This document shows, piece after piece, positions 15,001 through 18,836 of a stretch of DNA of 20,000 nt. Origin of the DNA: Rhizaria sp. SCN 62-66 (Eukaryota); assembly GCA_001724265.1 (NCBI GenBank), contig MEDY01000099.1, forward strand, positions 57,932 to 77,931. The letters run 5' to 3'. How positions within the stretch are numbered: the first letter of the stretch is position 1; every line of letters starts with the position of its first letter. Both the position numbers and the translations under genes were made by a program. Under the pieces are notes generated by a model, which had not been told where the DNA came from, searched no databases, and saw nothing but the letters and a program-made list of their open reading frames with translations.

Positions 15001-15875
15001 CTGGCGCCGATGCGGGTGTGATTTCCGGATTGGCGATGAGCTCGAGCGCGACGCTGCTGGGCGGATTGGTGAGTACAATGTCCTCACAGGCGGGCAGTGC
15101 TCGAATCGCGCTTGCGGCTGGGGGCGCTGATGACAGCTCGAACAATAGAGACTCGAGAGCGCCTGTGCCCTACTCGGCCTCAGCATCCTCATCCAGCGCC
15201 GTCGTAACGGGGTTGCCCGCAGTGGTGCTGGTGGTGGAGCCGGGACAAGAGCGCACTTTCACCGTAGTGACACAGCTGCGCCGCAAGGGCACGTTTTCCT
15301 TCCGCGTGCGCTTCTGGTTGCTGGGCTGCGCACCGCCGGTCTATTCGGCAGCGTCGATGGCCGTCGCGACGGGTACCTCGAACGGCTCTGCTCTTGTGAC
15401 TGCAACCTCGCCCACCCCCGCGGCGAACGGTTCGGGTCTGGCCGCAGCGCCGCAGTTTACGCGTGTTGCGGGTTTCTCGCGCCAGTGGGACGCAGCGTGC
15501 GTGGCCTTTGGCGACGAGATTGAGCTCTCGGCCGCGGCGGCCGCGACGTTGCTGGAGGAGCAGCGCGGTGGCACTGGTCCCGACGGTGCCCCGCGCGGTC
15601 TCTTTGCGTACGACTCACTGCATGAGGAGCTGGCCACGAGTGCCGCTATGACAACTGTCACGTCGACCGACTCGTTCGGGCTCGTAGCGCCTGTGTCTCT
15701 GCACGCGCTTACCTCGCTCTCCGCACTCGAGCCGCAGGTAGACGCGGACCCGCTTGCCGAGCTGCTTGCTGTGCCTGTCGCACTGGGTCCGGAGATCATG
15801 GGTGGTTTCCGCCGCTGGTACCACAGCCGCGCTCCTCTCCGCATGACCAAGGACTCAAAAAACAACAATTTCTAA
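3..15875 (+). CDS. Giant multi-ASH (ASPM/SPD-2/Hydin)-type Ig-like repeat protein, Hydin/CFAP47/CFAP65/DLEC1-like superfamily; 5'-partial, >5,290 aa, no intron needed within the window
   Basis: The frame is open from base 3 (ACT GGA TTG), so the TTG at 9 is not the real start; stop TAA at 15873-15875, followed by AT-rich sequence. The ASH-like signature 'l-d-FG-x-v ... i-t-l-x-N-x-G-x-x-P ... F-x-v-x-P-x-x-G-x-l-x-P-G ... v-x-v-x-F-x-P ... l-x-G-x-G' recurs about 18 times, e.g. ELAFGSVPVNTIVTMRVYIANTGSLPL, VNYGLVVLRKTATRDVTLRNTGDVPLRW..WFAVAPAGGVISP, VDFGEVPVDSQLQRPIHLRNKGDVAF, LDIGQCFTNTPVVRRITLHNPN..FSVQPPAGVVPAYGSVELAVRF, VRFGSIPLDTARSRTITVANRGQVPL. Family call is by motif recognition, not a database search. 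Confidence 0.85.
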   Translation, partial: TGLCVPAPAPDAAWQPVTEGAEDRLSDMLALQQWLSAPSSAQMLLSCVGPAPAGALAFEPPAPGSRFRIVPSGTIFLSNARPVRQHDEDAEVKQEDNDSGVAGDEKAIAAVLASAADTASLDLTPRQPVLVAAAQRTLTDEEEFYMLHSPELYLDFARGQLELTPRAALLADRRSAHTIARAGSRVFESLAPIDATRAFDPTALSLAPLSLRSVPVAHAAAGTAPEQCVVSQHAVTFAPYATTASGASADASNALVALSGRPQSAGTRARGHALADAADPSVAGVLHQGFVAAVSARDGFLSAVPVTGQSAGALVVVPATSIAFGKFRVDGCKSDYIVFRSHYLVSVVVTLRWRHSPDQNPFSLSDRTFRLEPKDAYVVQVRFEPTSQGACRETLQIVVTEPIAFSTNEMLTSPRARAEASTPSRGSLPPARVLMTRELIVTGTGYHSRFDGLPTRLCVGSTPLGTMAVTHFTLRNVGYVADSVIIYCPPPFLASETEFTLPPKASKTVILFYMPQRAEILARTVCVVAGAHLHRFTISAAAGILSVAALTHASLIARRSSTSAVYSSVSAGTGAPLDALTQRLRNSNVHNDTDAASTIGALTAPVVASCELAFGSVPVNTIVTMRVYIANTGSLPLRVTRVTTQAMNRPTVTHRGSLPSGRTAQSSNSTSDFAFVPRRLISSDLSAPASQLAAADAAALGGVRGSESDAGVRYTRDLWGWLRSNLASAVEAAREAQDVQVNVHQASELAAALAAANAYANAKRSSTVVARSRYLGGSDRGATARDAATAANNAAAAAAAAAVAAAEASGMAEQQSYAAQALERLCAVTIPPRHSLAVDVEFRPRSHASVDATVFITLSEAPPSAEPVRVAATNKALALRMSPAAASLQGGAFSSVTAAAVQARMAPVTVVPARAVDAYAQRYLNLLQARESVTRDLSAVAHPSVRLLRQRRLVERRLEEDYGVEPAARGAACSDAISSDAGGDGVFAEAGASLMGANEAPAGAQTLLQTMLAAGLRAGSAASLAAALRISGSCQRSVHCAPTSLNFGAVALGLSLTAPAPSRAALVHSFTQAVNNNSIAARSGSMSDSAAGSAFALTSEQLTIIEGELAPPTGGFIITAGGVSPATVSTSRPSTGTSALSSATGASARVKQTLTDVMTFSVQNSSLQPQDILLEAVSPSCFTVLSKRVLWVLQPGEVVHIPVLFTPTVTTVTAHVGTLNIPVAGSGAGKPGRRGSALLSHTRVLTSSPPLTTSSISSSGNSAAPAATAMSVQRQALLVEPTLGSLQLKHKFGTTSIALRGLGAFTRFVLAGADAIDDAERAVLDTALRAAATSVTANAWNDAPAPAQTTSASAGYLTSLSGVFTGVPGGVGSTANTTAGSVALPSAALSSGLERLRQSINASNSTALVAPSGTVSLPAAQDSSLAARLVRDVPQGVQRAYRAVFPAVAVGDRVTHTIYAVNTGKLPGEVTVACVDAPFALLDIATGEPCSVVTTVVPGDSSLALTVACHPLRGDQQVFRGRVQLAWRATPTAAPVLETVYVTAAAGQPRLACDATHVNYGLVVLRKTATRDVTLRNTGDVPLRWTAHALPQPGFADAPPAPRAAIAADDDEQDGEQDDRSWFAVAPAGGVISPHSSSTLQVSFGARSLDALHSAIEIGGDGGALQLVCSGRVIVPQLMVPTHLDRDFGTATVNQTQEVFFEVHNAGTSTLSLISRIDSVTTETPTDAADESFVQLMLRGRDGSVRPAHAAPRAPLTMTPALTSAADSSAALPDTTCEAMERVFAAEGDAATQPHVHQQGPFQVEPAFAEIPPHSTLRIAVRATPSRLGARSRGRLLMCPVYPQFSSEHNRDVFRVVDVHAGALTCLGGGPSMHLVVTIDEARVRAWAADVGVDPISAFPREAGVVPVGVVRAGTRASLPDVRLVNSGNMPGHVLLRPTNSQRSDLDQARSLNARVGRTAGGAAKQLPAAAVRGDEEVFSLTPLQVKLSPGQSAQVSLSCQSAAVGFVQRSFDAFCPEVNGMHAFSLLAFTVTHALQLQLPAPLAFAAITGAAALTPAAQHAQRALGASPALARLVATALAGAGGISHLQFGICQSGQVHSRSVMLHNSGSISLTLTVSVRAALPTLSSQATTPVATAPPSRATTASYTSVVNRNVAASAHTLPAPASIGAPTRAKAIAAAAAAAAVANGGDTDDDLFTSSEDEDAAGAPTKSDDSLSLAAIREADAMQREQQQRDFQAAAATGVVETPVAAPAAHATDRRGSYGGAAQQTHELSYLANGAVIVTETPGGVLDERTLDGLKLQQRLSIINSDTLPFVLIAPPDASAIDGITTAKTGKRATFAPDTVEPATPRAPRGLSSSKSTMNLLTGPSLELRVPAAPPSDDDSTTGGNDAECHEFTVTVPPGELFTFEVSYRPHHSGRQDNGVIAVLWLGAPFLVQLSATGGAGRMQLALPPAHERATDLHDPAATSSDPYAEQNSSYTSFGASTSAPSSGLVTPVRQRRGGVGSLPPASMAPARRGSSGQVDTIFSRFERGLRLSGVAGAVVPAAMLDLGRRVRYLESLETITLTNAGTLPCQYRIELDGDGLGLWSVELARAPPPLIAPGSTEEDAAAAAHMHVPMLAGPPVVYLTGAGSALLTSPAAAGRQGGDDDNDNAYGSGLPTAALVTLLAGQKASVTISVTALIHGESFGFMRVCEVDDGPTGPARGPASESAGSSVPPPDHNSPNKLYSRLTIGGGAGMSGPSGGSSAPRRLFVVPIRVVGGTFNVSVPDVVDFGEVPVDSQLQRPIHLRNKGDVAFRLCLYCDPSLYGKLGFLTAEAAAEAAAAAAAANAAANRRSKANRATAATPVSASGTGRVTAPSTLPVPAASSLTQLHVITLLPGQEATVQAVYAPDEAATVASSICVIPHLLTSLAASDDDTVGDTPVGNFIAPPPGAAIAPGAASLGSPLATAMLPPGQFAVTASLNQPQLLTGPESSALTPLYIPLAASARRLELVLNDVTPVALGKVAFGTTLSVTRLLTNPTRSAPLRFRLDLRTETDADALRAAHANSITGPISGFPVAAEKESIDEAAMAAAHAALRHWSVMPVEGVLEPLSSVTVTITYSATSGDADAEHAAVLVVMNALERAGLSGSGPGKEAPTAAVALSASVAFPKLEIAPVPPFGLCLFPPSQCVPHYRNGALSRTSSGAPASLHDLLIAPIAALLASSSRPQPPSAQLGTTGAMSVLPGEAAVQRAWLPQVSSRRFFLRNAGTGKIPFKASVVVDAAFNPSGDWALQHPPFFITAAVGGAYNPYAPATSPAVHTVSASGAGAAWRRAVHSDGLLRARSAARVLPELLAAETGGRVAAGINKNTLAAITQRSAGVAWGRRAVPAAGEHADSVFARPFFSAVEEGATTAVDVWFAPTHAGLYRAFLLLESPAGTERVALLGIGSSMALTVDMFTTAALSAHPRSLAVAAGRVSPRVLAAAVAAAALRTESFTAGVSARTVMANAAQSAIDLGDIAIGASITHRITLSNSSGHPVVVSATLNPEAGAAEAAAGALIQALAPQLHYIGRSLFASYTRGPLALLQRALVPEWSLDEPWSLSAADIAAVPGSSESPVASLLTATLSQRALSVIAHALAARGPADATVFDSEISLAAAKPAGAVEPSPILSPAASSTPAVMSTTDLARGLSTLVLLTRHFQQDSSVFNAPLLSAHVDHYSRSAAAPRTVEQQSEWAPDAPYGLALDVTFPDTADDDADVTPMLQDRSMPGAVGAVDTVGAAAAARQRLRELRTRLRLSRRLHSIAAATPIAATLRALVAAVWGDELILLADAEAVDIEPVTTHLSPARQARVARWVQLAAALLQARDSAPALTDALSVADGVPVAQALPVLTVGSDGVAHCDAQSADGLAGMRGQRVLPLLTVFPTSLILGTRDVDADATASPSGTPSKRTRAPRPGFRLALAGSAGDDGTVGREADAARARRALALLPIVIAKTHASLEALRNEREAEGSAGGDGDAAVTISMIGLGVGSSSVDTDGGDGAVFAGLTREEEEIAVRASPNAAPIATQDDDADLRAVLALARFALGFCPFAPGVVRAYAEQCIIAQTRASGERDPRAPLPAFDSRDFADAELDATLVGAAEAAADDAVVVVLREETRRKRRDAASSPISSLSSSDSASDLQAIAAGLTSADQSPFSLHALFVHARRAQQETDPAAGSASNIRARRERYADTARTPADLPAAQHVFVHVLPELPMITHSELTARNHSDSAAPSPAISTATFGFAGTVSAHPTEPVNSALLVPDPLFLRRVLAAQAFSRTLYVTSPAGVTPLTVRGRAVLLPMQLSRTALDIGQCFTNTPVVRRITLHNPNAVNMPFSAQTNYVAFSVQPPAGVVPAYGSVELAVRFLSSIALDTRNRIAVAEQCTLTVSTYGEPILALQTLPLDAQCTNYVLDTDLLTPVDFGHILLNSTTVATRTFRNACDIDVHYTLTFVPDDVSAAAAATAGVDPTTVFSLVPAANRTHDADLDAFSAGPTAAGGAVRIRAADRDAVIPALGHRVVQVAFTPQSRVSLAGHLVIDTRAGPYAIPVRGVGVEPTVSVTGPIDPHLGTSRTAVATLLPGGGFAPPHLDVPFGLTGFGQPMQQCFQVENTCSLPLRLNCQWHRVRVNTWEPSADPDSGGIAMKAEADVCLRWSLSREAAWLQPGQVCVLTVVYQPTMPPEALGRLLHLDEEDSETAQANDRARDELAALRRWYDDNDDDDDAANDAAGGDDNSTVDARALAMRSPGADAEEDNESDGAVEMPSVRDWVAKSPAELLEEQRLRQRQAREKSLERAAKSRARSLRGRLARPNGTNGTNGVWRTLFASANGPASPTATAAGGLFEAALGDGPVDEETLQRMLARFQDRGTLEVFHDEWPRPVLALAVSGRGGALRLHVAAAPSVADFGASLLPSATAAPAPNKSGALEVRFGSIPLDTARSRTITVANRGQVPLCLAAALSTGTGATVAYAAGAMATGVAGADAGVISGLAMSSSATLLGGLVSTMSSQAGSARIALAAGGADDSSNNRDSRAPVPYSASASSSSAVVTGLPAVVLVVEPGQERTFTVVTQLRRKGTFSFRVRFWLLGCAPPVYSAASMAVATGTSNGSALVTATSPTPAANGSGLAAAPQFTRVAGFSRQWDAACVAFGDEIELSAAAAATLLEEQRGGTGPDGAPRGLFAYDSLHEELATSAAMTTVTSTDSFGLVAPVSLHALTSLSALEPQVDADPLAELLAVPVALGPEIMGGFRRWYHSRAPLRMTKDSKNNNF
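2382..2421 (+). repeat. GCN trinucleotide tract encoding poly-Ala in the giant ORF
   Basis: GCTGCTGCTGCCGCTGCTGCTGCAGCT... encodes AAAAAAAAAVAAA. Similar tracts occur near 6531-6566 and 8454-8507. Confidence 0.8.
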
Positions 15876-16116
15876 TCTCTTGACATATCTTTAGTGCGTT
15901 ATATAGCATCAATTTATCGTTTATAAGTCACATTCATACACTATTAGATTTTTAAACCGAATTAATTATTACAATTTATTATCCTCAAACTCGACCACTC
16001 CATAAGTATTCTCTGTTGATTGAAGTGTCGTTCAAGTTTGGCCCCCCCCTTCATATCGCCCTTCATATCGATCACACAATCAGCGTTCACTGCTGCCATA
16101 CAGGTGTACAGCATAC
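15876..16116. other. Convergent 3'-UTR/intergenic region (241 bp, AT-rich)
   Basis: Lies between the TAA of the giant gene and the TGA of GSS, with an abrupt drop in GC content. Confidence 0.7.
16047..16070. repeat. Perfect 12-bp tandem duplication (CCCTTCATATCG x2)
   Basis: Read directly at 16047-16058 and 16059-16070, next to a C8 run. Confidence 0.9.
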
Positions 16117-16974
16117 TCAATCGTCGTGAAGGTAAAGCGAGTTAAGGCCCGAGAAGCCCGCAGCAACGCCGCCCTCGTTGGTGCCCTCCTTCTTGGTGCG
16201 CAGCAGGTACCCCGCGTAGGCGTTGAGCAGCGGCACAGGCCCCGCGGGTGTCTCATGGTCCGCCTGCGCTTCCGCCTCAGCATCGGCGGCATCAGGGTTG
16301 CGCGAGGCGCGCGCCGTGCCTGCTGTGGCGCTGTTCGCGGGCGCGAAGTCGATCGTGGCAGCGGCGGCAGGCGCACGGCCGTTGCCGTCGCCACCGTCGG
16401 AGAGCATGACCGCGTACACGCCCAGCTCCGACACGCAGGGCCCGACCGAGACATCGCCCAGCCGCATCAGCGCCTGCGTGGCCGTGCCAGCGCGGATGCG
16501 CGCCATAAGGATGAACGCGGCGCGCTCTTCGGACGCCATCATCTGCAGCTTGGCGACCATCTCATCGCCCCAGAAGTTGTTGCCGCCGCCCTCGCGCTGT
16601 GGCTTGAGCACGAAGTCGTCGGGGTTGGCCACGGCGCGCGCGATGATGGCGCGCGTGGCATCGTCGTCGCCTTCAAGCGGCCAGATGCCCGCGAAGAGCT
16701 GCGCCAGCCGGTCCGCGTGGCGCGGGGAGAGGTAGCGCCGGAGCACGGCCGGATCCGCCAGCACCTGCTGCACCTTCTTAGTGCCTGCGAGATGGTGCGC
16801 CACGGAAGGGCACTTGATGGCGAGGGAGAGCTCCATGTTCAGCATCGCCTCTTCCTCCGCTGCGCCGGGGAAGTCGGCCGGGGTGTAGCCAGCGCGGTAA
16901 TACACCAGCGCCACGCGCGCGCCGTCGACGAACAGCGCGCCGGTCGCAGCGTCAACGCGGGCGCACTTATGTAG
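16117..16974 (-). CDS. GSS: Glutathione synthetase, coding exon 2 (285 aa + stop; spliced protein 565 aa)
   Basis: The acceptor CAATAG|CTA gives in-frame LHKCARVDAATGALFVDGARVALVYYRAGY. Motifs AIKCPSV, LAGTKKVQQ, FVLKPQREGGGNN, SELGVY, GYLLRTK and EGGVAAG follow. Stop TGA is at 16119-16117. Confidence 0.95.
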   Translation of the reverse strand, partial: LHKCARVDAATGALFVDGARVALVYYRAGYTPADFPGAAEEEAMLNMELSLAIKCPSVAHHLAGTKKVQQVLADPAVLRRYLSPRHADRLAQLFAGIWPLEGDDDATRAIIARAVANPDDFVLKPQREGGGNNFWGDEMVAKLQMMASEERAAFILMARIRAGTATQALMRLGDVSVGPCVSELGVYAVMLSDGGDGNGRAPAAAATIDFAPANSATAGTARASRNPDAADAEAEAQADHETPAGPVPLLNAYAGYLLRTKKEGTNEGGVAAGFSGLNSLYLHDD

Positions 16975-17103
16975 CTATTGCCAGTCAAACAAGGAACAAG
17001 GAGCAAGAAAAAAAACGTGCGTGAGCATTTGAAACAAGATATCGAATCAATCGATGTTATTCTTCCCATAACAACGTGCACATAACAAAGATAGCGCGCG
17101 GAC
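16975..17103 (-). other. Spliceosomal intron in GSS (129 nt, phase 0)
   Basis: GTCCGC donor, T-rich body with polypyrimidine tract (TTTTTTTTCTTGCTCCTTGTTCCTTG), TTGAC branch-like motif and TAG acceptor. It contains an in-frame stop, and removing it joins two GSS-like ORFs in frame. Confidence 0.9.
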
Positions 17104-17943
17104 CTGGTCGAGAGAGCGGCGCAGCATTGGCACGCTGTGGTTCTCCCACAGCGCGTACTCCAGATGCCTCTGATCCGCTGAGTTGCGCTCGCCCTTTTGC
17201 ACCACCATGAGCACGTGCAGCTTCTCGCTCGCGCCCAGCGGCGCGGTCGCCGCGGCGGCCGCTTCGGCGGAGCGCGCGTGCACACCAATGTGGCGCGCGG
17301 CGAAAGCGGCGATTGCGGCGGCCATGGAGGCTGCCAGCTCTTCGCGCGCCGGGTTCGCCGGCACAGCCGCGGACTCAATGCCGTGCTGCGCGCGCAGCTT
17401 CGGGTTGTGCGCAATGACGTAGCGGTGCATAGCGGCAATGCGCGAGGACAGGCAGCCGAAGCTGGAGGCGATCATGTTCATCTCTACCTGTAGCGGCTTC
17501 ACTGCACCAGTCACGGGGTCCACGTCCATCATGTAGTCGGACCGCGCGATGGTTAGCGCCAGCGGCTGCAGCGGACCCACAACCGCGCCTGCAGCGTCGC
17601 CGCGGCGCTCGCTCAGCGACAACACACGCATGAGCATCGCCATGAAGTTGTCGGAGCGCGCGGCGGGCGCAAGAACCTCAGTCAGGAAAGCTGTGTCGCG
17701 CGCGACGCGGTCGTAGAGGAAGTTCATCAGCGGCGCAAGCTCAGTCGACGACGTAAACACGCTGCGCGGCAGTGGTAGGGGCAGAAGTGTGCATGGCACA
17801 TGCGCGTACGAGGACTCGGCGTCACTGAGCACCATGACAGCACCGTGGACGGCGCAAAAGTTGCGTGCGTCCTCACGTAGCTGCTGCAGCAGCTCCGCGT
17901 CGGTAAAGGCGCCGTTGTATCGCGCCAGAGAAAAGGACGACAT
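17104..17943 (-). CDS. GSS: Glutathione synthetase (eukaryotic type, ATP-grasp), coding exon 1 (280 aa)
   Basis: ATG at 17943 (MSSFSLARY...). Conserved eukaryotic GSS motifs: HVPCTLLP, LMNFLYDRVARD, IARSDYM, QVEMNMIASSFGCLS, ERNSADQRHLEY. The exon ends at ...SLDQ (CAG|GTCCGC), phase 0. Confidence 0.93.
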
Positions 17944-18524
17944 ATAAGGCCGAACTAGTGGAGAGTACAGGCGTGAGCAAGAACGCAAAACAGGTGAGCA
18001 AAACGGGAAAGCAGGGGAAGAGGCGCGCACGCAAACGGAGTTCGGGAACACTGACGACGTAATTCGAGTACGAGCCAACTAAAAAGGGCGGTTCTGTCGC
18101 GAGATAGAGTGTTTTGAAAGTGATATTTTCGCGACAAATTTTAATCCACTAGATACGTTGCGTTGCACAGCCTTTAACCCTAGCTGACGACCGAACATGC
18201 CTGTTTAGCACGCATTTCAGACATGCAGTCCGTATCTTCGTCATCCTGCCAGAAACAGGCACCGCGCGAAACGACGAAGTTAAAACATAGCTAGCACTTC
18301 ACAACTTCCGTTAGCTGATAATTGGTAGGCGTTTTAGGATTTTATAGACAATATCTTACGTAAATACTATTTGAAACTTATAAAATGTGCCATTATCCCT
18401 CATTTGCAAACGCGTTTCTCGCTTGCAGACACACGCTCCTTTCGTGGAGGGTGACCAACGCGTGCGCATCTTTCCCTTGAGCTACTCACTGAGTGCCTGA
18501 GGCTCAGACTTGCCCCAGACGCAG
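17944..18524. promoter_or_regulatory. Divergent (head-to-head) intergenic region, putative bidirectional promoter for GSS and the Frag1/DRAM/Sfk1 gene
   Basis: 581 bp between two divergent ATGs with an AT-rich core. TATAAAA lies at 18379-18385, followed by an Inr-like TCATTT at 18400-18405 on +. Promoter function is inferred from gene geometry. Confidence 0.55.
17955..18030 (-). other. Probable 5'-UTR intron of GSS (76 nt)
   Basis: On the minus strand: GTGCGC donor-like site, long pyrimidine tract, two GCTCAC branch-like motifs and a CTAG acceptor 11 nt upstream of the ATG. No transcript data support it. Confidence 0.55.
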
Positions 18525-18836
18525 ATGGAGACCTTTGAGACGACGTTTACGAAGGATTACTTCGTCTCCGGGCGCGCGCGGTACTTCCCCGTGGCCGTGT
18601 TTGTGACTGCGGCAGTGACGCTGGTGACGATCCAGATCCTCTGCCACGCTATCCCCCATCACGTTCCCGACAGTCTCTTCTTTGCACCGTTTTCCGTCGC
18701 CGCCGTCGGCGTTCCCGAGCGCTACGTTTACGGCGTTGGCATGACGCTCACAGCCATCTTCTTCCTCTTCACACTGTACTACGTCTACCGTGCCTACGCC
18801 CAGCGCCTCGAGCATAAGTACTCCTGCGTCTTCAAG
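18525..18836 (+). CDS. Frag1/DRAM/Sfk1-family (PGAP2/TMEM150/CWH43-N-like) multi-pass membrane protein, exon 1 (104 aa)
   Basis: ATG at 18525. Hydrophobic helix FPVAVFVTAAVTLVTIQILC, then the family-like motif FSVAAVGVPERYVYGVGMTLTAIFF. The exon ends at AAG|GTATGT, a canonical donor, phase 0. Confidence 0.8.

Noticed and set aside
13865-15145. 426-aa antisense ORF (also 11498-12457, 319 aa, and many shorter overlapping ORFs)
   Set aside because: These are shadow ORFs of a GC-rich, Ala-rich sense gene in which TTA/CTA/TCA codons are scarce. The translations are low-complexity S/A/R with no recognisable motifs.
3-15875. Reading the giant ORF as a bacterial adhesin, NRPS/PKS, viral polyprotein or retroelement, or naming it HYDIN
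   Set aside because: I found no catalytic, RT, integrase, protease or secretion motifs, and the neighbours have spliceosomal introns. Hydin-specific regions were not recognisable, so no gene symbol is given.
16126-16974. 282-aa plus-strand ORF, and the 16080-16454 and 16839-17438 alternative-frame ORFs
   Set aside because: They are antisense or frame-shifted shadows of high-GC3 GSS exons.
16914-17104. GSS appearing as two ORFs (split gene or pseudogene)
   Set aside because: A canonical GT-AG intron explains the break, and splicing restores a full in-frame enzyme with intact motifs.
17944-18078. N-terminal extension of GSS from the TTG at 18078 (a possible targeting peptide)
   Set aside because: It has no ATG, and the segment reads as a pyrimidine-rich UTR/intron. 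GSS-like sequence begins after the ATG at 17943.
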